Made by a program: the position numbers and the translations under genes. From Chitinophagales bacterium (GTDB lineage Bacteria > Bacteroidota > Bacteroidia > Chitinophagales > LD1): a stretch of DNA of 64,000 nt. Of the stretch, positions 10,103 to 18,820 are shown in pieces. The notes under the pieces were generated by a model that was given only the letters and a program-made list of their open reading frames with translations, did not search any database and was not told the origin of the DNA. The stretch spans positions 749 to 64,748 of the forward strand of contig JBDHYB010000013.1 in the NCBI GenBank assembly GCA_039811145.1, in the 5' to 3' direction. Every line of letters starts with the position of its first letter. The first letter of the stretch is position 1.

Positions 10103-10133
10103 AAAAAAAAGGGCCGCCGTGAAAACGGCGGCC
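10103..10133 (-). terminator. rho-independent terminator for the DUF2892 gene (the hairpin also closes the plus-strand kinase gene)
   Basis: GGCCGCCG-tgaaaa-CGGCGGCC forms an 8-bp GC stem at 10112-10133. It is flanked by A8 at 10103-10110, which reads as a T-tract on the minus strand. Confidence 0.6.
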
Positions 10134-10200
10134 TGCTCTGCGCGCTAATTGGACTATTAGGACTCAGCGATTATATGGTAAGACGCGCAGAGTGGACTCT

Positions 10201-10389
10201 TTATGAGTGTTTATTAGTTCTAAAACCGACCATTTCGTACAATGGGCACCAAAAAGCTACAGCGGTTCCAAACAACACTGCGCCCGGTAAAACCCATAGC
10301 CATTGACCGGTTAATACGGCTACTGTTACAGAAATAATGAACAACAAAGTTCTGAATGCTCCGTCGAAAGCTCCAACGTTTGATTTCAT
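10201..10389 (-). CDS. DUF2892 (YgaP-like) small membrane protein
   Basis: 62 aa with two TM helices and a C-terminal FWCPLYEMVGF motif typical of the family. Confidence 0.75.
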   Translation of the reverse strand: MKSNVGAFDGAFRTLLFIISVTVAVLTGQWLWVLPGAVLFGTAVAFWCPLYEMVGFRTNKHS

Positions 10390-10475
10390 GTTTCTTTTCT
10401 TTTTAGCGTTAATAATTACACCGCAAAGAAGAAGGCACTAACGTTGGCAGGCCATGACCTGCATCAGGGGCGAAT

Positions 10476-10489
10476 TTGATTGATATCAT
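10476..10489. promoter_or_regulatory. FNR-like box TTGATtgatATCAt upstream of the DUF2892 gene
   Basis: Matches TTGAT-N4-ATCAA at 9 of 10 positions, about 93 nt upstream of the ATG at 10389. Confidence 0.4.
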
Positions 10490-10498
10490 ACACTAAAC

Positions 10499-10532
10499 AA
10501 AAAAACGCAGCGGCTTGTTCTGCCTGCTGCGT
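10499..10532 (-). terminator. rho-independent terminator after the usp / 128-aa unit
   Basis: The minus strand reads ACGCAGCaGGC-agaacaa-GCCGCTGCGT followed by TTTTTTT. This lies 23 nt after the stop at 10555. Confidence 0.7.
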
Positions 10533-10554
10533 CTTATTATGTTGTTGTTCCGTG

Positions 10555-10941
10555 TTAAAAAACCTTGCTCAAAAAGCGGTTGAATTCAAAGCGGGTATCG
10601 CCCATAGTTGCTGCAAACATTTTAACGCGGTCGCGCAGAGAATCGGCCATTTCGGTTGATTTTTCGTGAATATGCTCCGGTTTTTGCTTGGTTAGTTCCT
10701 GTAGCTCATGATTTTTTATTCCTATATCATGTTTTAATATATCTAACTGCTCGCGTAAAACCACGAACTTATTTTGGAAATGTTCTACCTGTGCCGCTAC
10801 ATCCTTATCTGAACTAAGGCCGGCGGCTTCTTCAAGGCGCTTGGTAAGTATGGCAATTTCCTCTTTGTAAAATTCCATTTCGCGCAGCCAATCGGTTCCC
10901 TGGTGGTGTAAAGCATTAATTGAAGTCTTCATTACGTACAT
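10555..10941 (-). CDS. hypothetical cytoplasmic coiled-coil protein (128 aa; start may be the ATG at 10932)
   Basis: A clean ORF 36 nt downstream of usp on the same strand. It is helical and charged with heptad-like segments (LTKRLEEAAG, LREQLDILKHDIGIKNHELQELTKQ). I recognise no motif in it. Confidence 0.65.
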   Translation of the reverse strand: MYVMKTSINALHHQGTDWLREMEFYKEEIAILTKRLEEAAGLSSDKDVAAQVEHFQNKFVVLREQLDILKHDIGIKNHELQELTKQKPEHIHEKSTEMADSLRDRVKMFAATMGDTRFEFNRFLSKVF

Positions 10942-10977
10942 TTTTGTGCCGCACCTATGGCGGCGGTTATCTAATTT

Positions 10978-11811
10978 TTATTGGTGAGTTATAAATACAG
11001 GTACACTTAATTCTTTGATAATGCGGTTAGAAACGCTTTGGTGAAACAGGCGCGAAATAGCATTGCGCCCGTAGGAGCCCATAACTACCACCGCATTTGA
11101 TGAATTCTTTTTTAGGTAGTTAATCAACTCATCTCCACTGTCGCCGTTCAGCACTACATAATCTGTATCGCTAAAATGAGCGTGTATAAGGTCCTTAAAA
11201 TTTACACCTTCTTTAAGGTGGTTGCCCGATTTTTCGTTTACACTAACTACTGTGGTTTTTAAATCCTCCAGTTCAGGAAACAGGTAGGCGAACTGCTTAA
11301 TGGCATAAACGCTTGAAGCCCCGCCATCGTAACATAAAAACACTTTATCAAAGTAGTGGTAATGGTGCGGCACTATAAGAACAGGACAATGCGAGTCAAT
11401 AAGCAAATCCTTTAAAAACGGGCTTGGCCCTTCATTGCCCATGGTAAAAAAGCCGGTGTTTTCATCAATAATGATGATATCGGCAAAAATGCTCTCCTTC
11501 AGCAACTCCTGTAAAGGCACGCCTTTGTCAAGGTGTACTTTGTGATGAATGCCTTTTTCATCGCAGGCGCGGTTAAACAACTTTATGTTCAGGTCTATTT
11601 TATCTTTCTCTTCCTGCTGTGATGCCTCGATGGAACTGAAATCTATAAAGGGTTGGTCCCATGCATAAGCGTAGGTGTAATTGAGGTAACGCATATCCTG
11701 TATAAATACCCCGATTAAGAGCGAGTTGGTTGCCTTGGCAATTTCCATGGCATAACGCGAAGCCCCTTCAGAGTATTTGGTGCCGTCGAAGGCTGCTAAT
11801 ATCTTTTTCAT
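10978..11811 (-). CDS. universal stress protein, tandem UspA domains
   Basis: 277 aa made of two Usp-like halves. The ATP-binding-type tail VVMGSYGRNAISRLFHQSVSNRIIKELSVPVFI is present. Confidence 0.85.
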   Translation of the reverse strand: MKKILAAFDGTKYSEGASRYAMEIAKATNSLLIGVFIQDMRYLNYTYAYAWDQPFIDFSSIEASQQEEKDKIDLNIKLFNRACDEKGIHHKVHLDKGVPLQELLKESIFADIIIIDENTGFFTMGNEGPSPFLKDLLIDSHCPVLIVPHHYHYFDKVFLCYDGGASSVYAIKQFAYLFPELEDLKTTVVSVNEKSGNHLKEGVNFKDLIHAHFSDTDYVVLNGDSGDELINYLKKNSSNAVVVMGSYGRNAISRLFHQSVSNRIIKELSVPVFITHQ

Positions 11812-11909
11812 ACCGCTGAGTTTTATGAAAAGTTACACAGATATAACGAGCAATACAATAAAATGATGTATTGATGAACCAAAAGTAGATTGACTATGAG
11901 GCCCTAATC

Positions 11910-11923
11910 ATGATTAAGGTCAA
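11910..11923. promoter_or_regulatory. FNR/FixK-like box aTGATtaagGTCAA upstream of usp
   Basis: The box centre lies about 33 bp upstream of the minus-strand TACTTTTG (TAnnTTTG) -7 element at 11887-11880. That puts the box at roughly -42. Confidence 0.4.
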
Positions 11924-11954
11924 ACGGGATGGTGAGATTGGTCAGGCAGGGTAG

Positions 11955-12728
11955 CTAAACCTTTTTATCCCAAACATATACGCTGCGTTGGGCGGTAGGG
12001 TACATTACAATATTGGTGATGTTTACGTGGGGTGGAGTAGTTACCACATGGTAAACGGTATTGGCGATGTCCTCGGCTGCTAAGGGCTTGTAACCCTGGT
12101 AAACTTTAGCGGCCTTTTCCTTATCACCATGAAAGCGTACTACAGAAAACTCAGTTTCGGCAGCGCCGGGGTCAACCGAGCAGCAGCGGATGTTGGTGCC
12201 GGCCAAATCAAGGTTAATCCCTTCATTTAAAGCTTTAACGGCATACTTGGTGGCATTGTAAACATTGCCTTCCGGGTAAACCAGGTGGCCGGCGGTTGAA
12301 CCTATGTTTATGATGTGCCCTTCGTTCCGCTCTATCATCATAGGTAATATGGAGCGTGTGATGTAGAGCAAGCCCTTAATGTTGGTATCAATCATTTTTT
12401 CCCAATCACCAATAAGCCCTTCCTGTATTTTGTTTTTACCTGACGCTAAGCCGGCATTGTTTACCAAAATATCCGGAACAACTTCCCGGCTGGCAAGGTC
12501 GTTAGCCATTTCAACGCACTGGTTTAGCTTGGTAACATCGAAACAATAGGAGAGCACCTGAACACCGTATTTTTCCTGCAATATGTGGTGGAAGGGTTCC
12601 AAGCGGTCGTTACGGCGCCCGGTGATAATAACGTTACAGCCGTTTTTTGCAAACAGATCAGCAATTGCCTTACCAAAGCCGGATGTAGCACCGGTAATTA
12701 AGGCCCATTTACCCCTTATAGAATTCAT
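11955..12728 (-). CDS. SDR family NAD(P)-dependent oxidoreductase (YdfG-like)
   Basis: Shows TGATSGFG cofactor-binding, NNAG and Y-x3-K (YNATKYAVK) motifs. The ATG at 12728 (MNSIRGKWALITG) is preferred over the GTG-extended ORF start at 12782. Confidence 0.85.
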   Translation of the reverse strand: MNSIRGKWALITGATSGFGKAIADLFAKNGCNVIITGRRNDRLEPFHHILQEKYGVQVLSYCFDVTKLNQCVEMANDLASREVVPDILVNNAGLASGKNKIQEGLIGDWEKMIDTNIKGLLYITRSILPMMIERNEGHIINIGSTAGHLVYPEGNVYNATKYAVKALNEGINLDLAGTNIRCCSVDPGAAETEFSVVRFHGDKEKAAKVYQGYKPLAAEDIANTVYHVVTTPPHVNITNIVMYPTAQRSVYVWDKKV

Positions 12729-12840
12729 AGAGCTAAAGTAGCGTTTTGGTTTAGCCTTACACAAAAGGTTGACACCGTACACCAGGACTAAAGCAGGAAA
12801 ATTAATGTAATTAATTGGTTTTTAATTAATTGTTGCTTGT

Positions 12841-12881
12841 TTGACAAAGGTTGACTCTTTGAAAGTGTCAACTTTTGTCAA
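12841..12881. repeat. 15-bp-arm inverted repeat carrying four TTGAC/GTCAA half-sites
   Basis: The sequence is TTGACaaagGTTGAC-tctttgaaagt-GTCAActtttGTCAA, with one mismatch between the arms. It lies between the stop of the 472-aa gene (12901) and the SDR start. Confidence 0.6.
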
Positions 12882-12900
12882 CCTTTTTAAGCGTTAAAAA

Positions 12901-14319
12901 TTAAGCTTGGGGAGCGCGGGTTATGCCAACAGCAGGCTTTAAACCCATAAAGTTTTCAAGCAGGCGTGCATACAAAAAGGTTTTGCCGTCCATGCTTTCC
13001 AATTCAACGTTGGGTGCGGTATTTTTTTCGAGGAGCATATTGCGTTTTATTCTCAGCACGCTATTCAGTTCTGTCAATAAGCGTATCAGATTATCAAAAC
13101 CGCTTATCTCCATCTTGGCCTTCATAAATTTCAGGTTCTTTTTTACCAGGCTGGCGGCCATTTCGTAGTCGCCCGTTTGCGCTATGTAAATGTTGTGCAC
13201 GTAGCGGAAAACCCCATCGCCAAAGGGGGTAAAGTCTTCCTTGGGCATTTGCATAACACGTTGTACGTAGTGTGCGGCATCTTTTAAATCATTGGTTAAC
13301 AAGGCCAGCATTAAGTAAAGCCGAAGAATATCGAAATGGAAGTTGCGGGCATTTTCGTTGCTAAGGAAAGGATTTAGGTATTTATCAACTGCATCGGATG
13401 CCCTGCGGTAGTGCCCTGCCAGCAAAAGCGCATAGCAGTAGTTATAGGTATGAAACATGCGGCCCTGGAGAAGTTCATGAAACTCGCGCAGGGCGGTTTC
13501 ATAGGTTGCAATGGCTTCTTCAAAACGGTTAAGGTCAATAAGCAACAAAGCCTTCATCAAAAGAAGAAAGGTCTTCTGGCGGTCTTCCAGTTTGTGGTAT
13601 ATTTTTCTGGCAGCCTCCTCAGCTTTTAGCATGTAATTGAGTGATGTTTCCGCATCATCAACTTCATAGCAGGCACTGTAGGCAGTGTATATGCACATCT
13701 CCGCTTTATGCCAGTTTTTGCCTTTTACCTCGGCAAACCATAAGTTTAGCAGTTTCAGTGCATTTTTTGTGCTTACCTGGCGTGTTTGCCGTAAGCTATG
13801 GAAACGCACAATTCCTTCTTCCATTTTTGCCAGGTAGCTGTACTTTTCCTCGCCCTCATTTTTGTCCAGCAGGCCCGTATAGGCGTAAGCATAGTATCTT
13901 AACTTCTTCTCATCAAAAACGTTGTAGCTAAAGCGGGAATAACCCAGAAATGCGGTGCGGTAAAATTTCAGTAACTCCTGCTTGTCATCCTTTTTTTTAA
14001 GGCGCTTTTCAGTCAGCTTAAGTTCATGAACCAGTAAGGGTGTTAGGTGTTTTTCTATGCAAAAGTTTGTTTTACTCTCAATGCCACCCGGGGCTAAAAG
14101 ATTGAGAGTTTTATCCAGCAGTATGGAATTGATTTTATCGAAATGCGATTGGCTGAGGCTTAGTTTTACAGGCAGTAGCGCTTCATTAAAATCAGCCAGC
14201 CCGGCCGCAGCCGCATATGCATCCCGTACGATAGCTTCCTTACCGCTTAGCTCAATACCGCTAAAACGCTTTAACTCGTCGTTATCTAACGACTTTACCA
14301 AATCCAATAAGTAACCCAT
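12901..14319 (-). CDS. hypothetical all-alpha, TPR-like repeat protein (472 aa)
   Basis: A long clean ORF 60 nt downstream of the PAS kinase on the same strand. It has no signal peptide or TM helix. Repeated helical hairpin-like segments are rich in Y/A/L (EEAIATYETALREFHELL, YNYCYALLLAGHYRRA). Confidence 0.7.
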   Translation of the reverse strand: MGYLLDLVKSLDNDELKRFSGIELSGKEAIVRDAYAAAAGLADFNEALLPVKLSLSQSHFDKINSILLDKTLNLLAPGGIESKTNFCIEKHLTPLLVHELKLTEKRLKKKDDKQELLKFYRTAFLGYSRFSYNVFDEKKLRYYAYAYTGLLDKNEGEEKYSYLAKMEEGIVRFHSLRQTRQVSTKNALKLLNLWFAEVKGKNWHKAEMCIYTAYSACYEVDDAETSLNYMLKAEEAARKIYHKLEDRQKTFLLLMKALLLIDLNRFEEAIATYETALREFHELLQGRMFHTYNYCYALLLAGHYRRASDAVDKYLNPFLSNENARNFHFDILRLYLMLALLTNDLKDAAHYVQRVMQMPKEDFTPFGDGVFRYVHNIYIAQTGDYEMAASLVKKNLKFMKAKMEISGFDNLIRLLTELNSVLRIKRNMLLEKNTAPNVELESMDGKTFLYARLLENFMGLKPAVGITRAPQA

Positions 14320-14379
14320 GCTTTGCTAAGTGCTAATATAAATTTTAGCCTTAACTGCAGAAGAGGATGTTAGGCACAC

Positions 14380-16887
14380 TTATGAGTTTTGTGCGCCCGG
14401 CTTTAGATACTTGCTTATGGTAAAATAGAAAGTGGTTCCTTTACCGGGTTCGCTCTCGAACCAAATACGGCCGCCGTGCAGCTGTGTAATTTTTTTGCAG
14501 ATGGCCAGCCCAACGCCCGTACCCGGATATTCATTATCGGTATGTAAACGCTGGAAGATGTGGAATATGCGTTCCTTAAAATCGTGGCGTATGCCTATGC
14601 CGTTATCGCTTACGCCAAACTGCCACTCATCGTCCAGTTCTGTTGCAGTAAGTTTAATATGAGGTACGGTTTCCTTAGGTATAAACTTAAGGGCGTTATC
14701 CAGCAGATTTTGGTAAAGCTGTACCAGTTGCGATGATTCAGCCGTAATTACCGGCATAGTATCGGTTGCAACAACAGCACCGGAGTTTTGAATGGTAGCG
14801 CCAAGATTGTTCAGTACAATTTCTATTACATCCCTGATGTTTACCGGTGCCAATGGTTTAGGTGCCGATGAAAGGCGCGAGTAGCTAAGCAGATCCTGTA
14901 TCAGGGATTGCATGCGCTTAGCCCCGTTAACCGAGAAGGTGATGAATTCGTTGGCTTCGGCATCCAGTTTGTCTTTATAGCGCATTTCCAGCAGTTGCAT
15001 GTAACTGGCAATGGTGCGCAGCGGGCCCTGCAAATCGTGCGATGCTACATAAGCAAAGCGTTCCAATTCTTCGTTGGAGCGTTCTAACTCGCCCGCGCGT
15101 TTTTCTAATTCTTTTTGAACGGCCTTAAGGTCGGTTATATCAAACACCATTACCATTCCGTAAATAATGTTGCCTTCCTCGTCGCGTATGGGTATGTGGT
15201 GTATGCGTATGTGGCGGTCAAAGTGCATGCGCTCAAACTCGCTGTTATCGCCGGCTAAAATCTCGCGGTAAATCTTTTCAACTCGTTCAACTTCCGATTC
15301 CCGGATGGCCTCATAAATAGTTTTGCCCTCAATTTCCGATTTAGGCTTACTTAAGATGCCTACCATTGGGCCCTCGGCTACAATAAAGCGAAGGTCGCGG
15401 TCGAAGATGAACATGGCCGCCTTAGGCAGGTGGCGTGCAATTTCGCGGTATAACTGTTCAGATTTATGAAGCTCCTGTTTGGTTTCTTTTATAGCGGTAA
15501 CATCGGTTGCTACGCCCAATACATTAACCATACCACCGGTTAAGGATGCGATTGGTTTTTTTACAGTAGAAAGCCAGGTTACCTTACCGGTAACAGGATT
15601 CACATATTTCTTCTCAGGGAACTGTACTTCTTTACCGGCATTCAGCACTTCTTCATCCTGCCATACAAAATAATCCAGTTCCTCTTTATTAAAGTTGTGT
15701 TCGGTGTCAAAGTGGCCTTCCATGTCCTGAGTAGTCATGTTATAAAAGCGCGCTACCGATTCGTTGGCCAGTAAAAATTTGCCCTCCCTGTCCTTCACAA
15801 ATATCAAGCTTGGCGAGGCATCAATAATCATTCGCAGAAAGTCCTTTTGTTTCTGCAACTCCTCGTAAATTTTCTCTTTCTCTTCCGCTTCGCGTTGTAG
15901 CTTTTCGTTGGCAGCTTCCAGTTCCTGTGTTCTTTCCTTTACCTTTTCCTCCAGTTCCTGGTTAAGCTTTTGCATCAGTTCCTGGTTGCGGCGTCGGTCT
16001 GATATATCACGCACGTGCATGAGCAGTGCGGGTTTATCTTTAAAAACAATGCGGGCCGCACTTACTTCAATCGGTATAACCACACCATCGTGGGCAATAC
16101 ATTCCGTTTCAAACTTGCTAACATCACCGCTGATAATTTTGGGTTGGCGGCTGCGTATAGTTTCGTGACCCTCTGTTGGCGAAATATCGTAAATGGTTTT
16201 ACCCACTAATTCCTCTCGCCCAAGGCCATGCAGTTTGCAGGTAGCCTCGTTAACATCCAGTATCTTGCCGTCATGGCTCTCCACATAAATGGCGTCCGGC
16301 GAGTTTTGGAAAATATCCTTAAAGCGCTTATCGCTGTTGATGAGTGAGACTTCAGCCAGTTTCTTAGCTCTTATTTCCTCATTCAGTTTAAAGTTAGCCT
16401 CAGTAAGCTGGCGTGTGCGGGTTAATACCTTTTCTTCAAGGTCTTCCTTGGCGTAAATAAGTTCTTCTTCCAGGGCTTTTTGCCGCGTAATATCAATATG
16501 TATAGCAATGGAAGCTACAAAGTGCCCCTGGGCATCAAACACAGGTTTACCGTTTACACGAATCCAAACGGGGTCGCCGTTCTTCTTCTTCATCTTAATG
16601 TCGTAGCTATCGCTTAGTCCTTTTTTGCGCAGCTCAAGTTTGTTCTTAGAAATCCGCACCTGCTCTTCATCCCAGAAATAACTGAAAATGTGGCTGTTCA
16701 TTACCTCGTTAAAGGAGTAGCCGAGGTTGCGGCAGAACTGGTCGTTGGCGTAAAGGATTTTACCTTCAGAGTTTACGCAGAAAATCCCCTCGTTTATCCA
16801 TTCAACGATATTGCGGAAGTGGATGGCTGCGGATAATCCGCTGCTATCGCTAATGCTTATATAATCGCTAAACGGCTGTCCGGCCAT
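14380..16887 (-). CDS. cytoplasmic multi-PAS sensor histidine kinase
   Basis: 835 aa with about four PAS modules separated by coiled coils. It has the H-box FAYVASHDLQGPLRTI, LLDNALKF, DNGIGI and GTGVGLAICKK. There is no receiver domain. Confidence 0.9.
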   Translation of the reverse strand: MAGQPFSDYISISDSSGLSAAIHFRNIVEWINEGIFCVNSEGKILYANDQFCRNLGYSFNEVMNSHIFSYFWDEEQVRISKNKLELRKKGLSDSYDIKMKKKNGDPVWIRVNGKPVFDAQGHFVASIAIHIDITRQKALEEELIYAKEDLEEKVLTRTRQLTEANFKLNEEIRAKKLAEVSLINSDKRFKDIFQNSPDAIYVESHDGKILDVNEATCKLHGLGREELVGKTIYDISPTEGHETIRSRQPKIISGDVSKFETECIAHDGVVIPIEVSAARIVFKDKPALLMHVRDISDRRRNQELMQKLNQELEEKVKERTQELEAANEKLQREAEEKEKIYEELQKQKDFLRMIIDASPSLIFVKDREGKFLLANESVARFYNMTTQDMEGHFDTEHNFNKEELDYFVWQDEEVLNAGKEVQFPEKKYVNPVTGKVTWLSTVKKPIASLTGGMVNVLGVATDVTAIKETKQELHKSEQLYREIARHLPKAAMFIFDRDLRFIVAEGPMVGILSKPKSEIEGKTIYEAIRESEVERVEKIYREILAGDNSEFERMHFDRHIRIHHIPIRDEEGNIIYGMVMVFDITDLKAVQKELEKRAGELERSNEELERFAYVASHDLQGPLRTIASYMQLLEMRYKDKLDAEANEFITFSVNGAKRMQSLIQDLLSYSRLSSAPKPLAPVNIRDVIEIVLNNLGATIQNSGAVVATDTMPVITAESSQLVQLYQNLLDNALKFIPKETVPHIKLTATELDDEWQFGVSDNGIGIRHDFKERIFHIFQRLHTDNEYPGTGVGLAICKKITQLHGGRIWFESEPGKGTTFYFTISKYLKPGAQNS

Positions 16888-17010
16888 GGGTTTAAATGTA
16901 ATGAAGGTAAAATTTAAATATTTGGTTGCTTGCTAGTTATGCACATGCAGTATTCCCGGCAGGGTATTATACGCTAAAACCGTTGTTTTGTTGGATAAAC
17001 AGGCTATAAA

Positions 17011-18072
17011 TTACTCTAAATCGGTTCTTTTTACGCCATCGAACTGCAAAATGAAGTCCTTGCCAAAAACCTGCGATGGGGTTTTAGCACCGGGGGCGGG
17101 CGGTTCAGCCAAAACCCGTTTAACTATCTCTACTGCCGTTAGGTAGGTAAGCGTGTAGCCTTCAGGCAATTCTAAAAGGGCCCTTTTTGATATACCCAGT
17201 TGGTTTCTTATTTCTCCCCAAATACTACCTGAGGCTGTTTGGCGCATTTCCTCTGATGGGCCGGCAGGCCGCTTCTTAATGCGGCTTATTACAAACTTTT
17301 TTACAATACCCAGCCCAAGTATGGGGGCTATATAGCTGCTCCAGCGCATACCGTCAATTACGCGTTGCGGTAATACGTTGTAAACGGTAATGTTTGGTAT
17401 TTGGGTGCTTCGCCAGGCCGAGGATACATCCCCCCATGAAATGGCCACGCCCTTTTTTTGCGAACCATTTACTTCAATTACGCGCGTTAGTGTGCCGTTA
17501 GGTACTGACTCAAGTTTCCGCTTGCGGCGTATGGTAGTGTCTTCGCCCATGTTTTCGGCAATGGTAATGGCCGTGCCATGCGATAGTTTGGCTCCCTTTT
17601 GCATTAGGGCAAGGTCAAGCGTATCGCCCGTTGGTAGTTTATCTTTAAGGTAGGCCGCTAAGCAGTCTGACGGTACCACATCAAAACCAACGCCGGGCAT
17701 AATTAAGATACCGGCATCTTTTGCAGCCTGGTCTTTACGATAAAGCCTTTCAAAAACCTGGTATTCGCCGGTAATGTCAAGATAATGGGTTTTGGCCTTT
17801 ATACAGGCCCGGGCCATTATAGCGCATGTATAAATAAAAGGCCCTGCACAATGCAGTACTAATTTAAAAGGTTCAAGTTCTTTGGCAACCTGCTCTTCAT
17901 CGTCTAAGGAAAACACCCTGAATTCTAATCCAAGTTCGCGGGCTAAGTCTTCGGTTCGTTTTGCGTCGCGGCCGGCAAGCACCGGCTTTAGGCCTTGCTG
18001 AACGGCATATTCACTTATTAACTTACCGGTATAGCCATAACAGCCGTATATCAGCCAATTTTCTTTCTGCAC
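17011..18072 (-). CDS. saccharopine dehydrogenase-like NAD(P)-binding oxidoreductase
   Basis: 353 aa with an N-terminal Rossmann motif (LIYGCYGYTGKLI). The length and layout fit the Sacchrp_dh family. Confidence 0.8.
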   Translation of the reverse strand: MQKENWLIYGCYGYTGKLISEYAVQQGLKPVLAGRDAKRTEDLARELGLEFRVFSLDDEEQVAKELEPFKLVLHCAGPFIYTCAIMARACIKAKTHYLDITGEYQVFERLYRKDQAAKDAGILIMPGVGFDVVPSDCLAAYLKDKLPTGDTLDLALMQKGAKLSHGTAITIAENMGEDTTIRRKRKLESVPNGTLTRVIEVNGSQKKGVAISWGDVSSAWRSTQIPNITVYNVLPQRVIDGMRWSSYIAPILGLGIVKKFVISRIKKRPAGPSEEMRQTASGSIWGEIRNQLGISKRALLELPEGYTLTYLTAVEIVKRVLAEPPAPGAKTPSQVFGKDFILQFDGVKRTDLE

Positions 18073-18162
18073 TGTGGGTCAGTTTAAAAATCAATTCAAT
18101 TTAGCGTTTTTCGCATTTGATTTGCAAATAAAACAGCTGAAAAATGTTTTAAGTTTACGGAA

Positions 18163-18819
18163 GTGATAAATAAAGTTTACTTGCTACCCGGCCTTGGTGC
18201 CGATAAAAGAATGTATACTAAGCAGTTAGAGCTGTTTCCGGATGCTGTGGTGTTAGAGCATTTAGATGTTGTAACACATGAAACTTTAGCACAATATGCG
18301 CTTCGCTTTTTGCCTTTGATTGATACCCACCAACCCTTTGCGTTGATAGGCACTTCTTTGGGTGGCATGATAGTGCAGGAGCTATGCAGGCACATACAAC
18401 CTGAAAAGGTAATTCTGATAGCTACCATTAAAGGAAGAAGGGAGATGCCCTTCTTCATCCGTTCCATGAAACAGTTGCGCTTGCACAAACTTTTAACCGG
18501 CGAAAACTTTTTGCGCTTTAACTCAGTTATGGCAAAGCGGTTGGATAGCCGGGGTGATTCGCCTGCGGCTGAGTTGATAGTTCAAATGTCGAAGGATGCT
18601 CACCCGCGTTTTGTAGAATGGGCCATTAATGCAGTGGTGCAATGGGATATACCTGAATTAAACCATAAAAACCTGGTGCATATACATGGCACTAACGATA
18701 AACTTTTTCCTCATTCAAAAATTAAAAATGCCATGTTGGTTAAAGGCGGTTCGCATGTTATGAATATGACCATGGCGGACGAGGTTAACCGCCTGATACT
18801 ACAAGCACTTAAAAGCTGA
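18163..18819 (+). CDS. alpha/beta hydrolase (GTG start)
   Basis: 218 aa with the nucleophile elbow GTSLGG and late GTNDKLFP and GGSHVM motifs that fit a Ser-Asp-His triad. Confidence 0.75.
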   Translation: MINKVYLLPGLGADKRMYTKQLELFPDAVVLEHLDVVTHETLAQYALRFLPLIDTHQPFALIGTSLGGMIVQELCRHIQPEKVILIATIKGRREMPFFIRSMKQLRLHKLLTGENFLRFNSVMAKRLDSRGDSPAAELIVQMSKDAHPRFVEWAINAVVQWDIPELNHKNLVHIHGTNDKLFPHSKIKNAMLVKGGSHVMNMTMADEVNRLILQALKS

Positions 18820-18820
18820 T

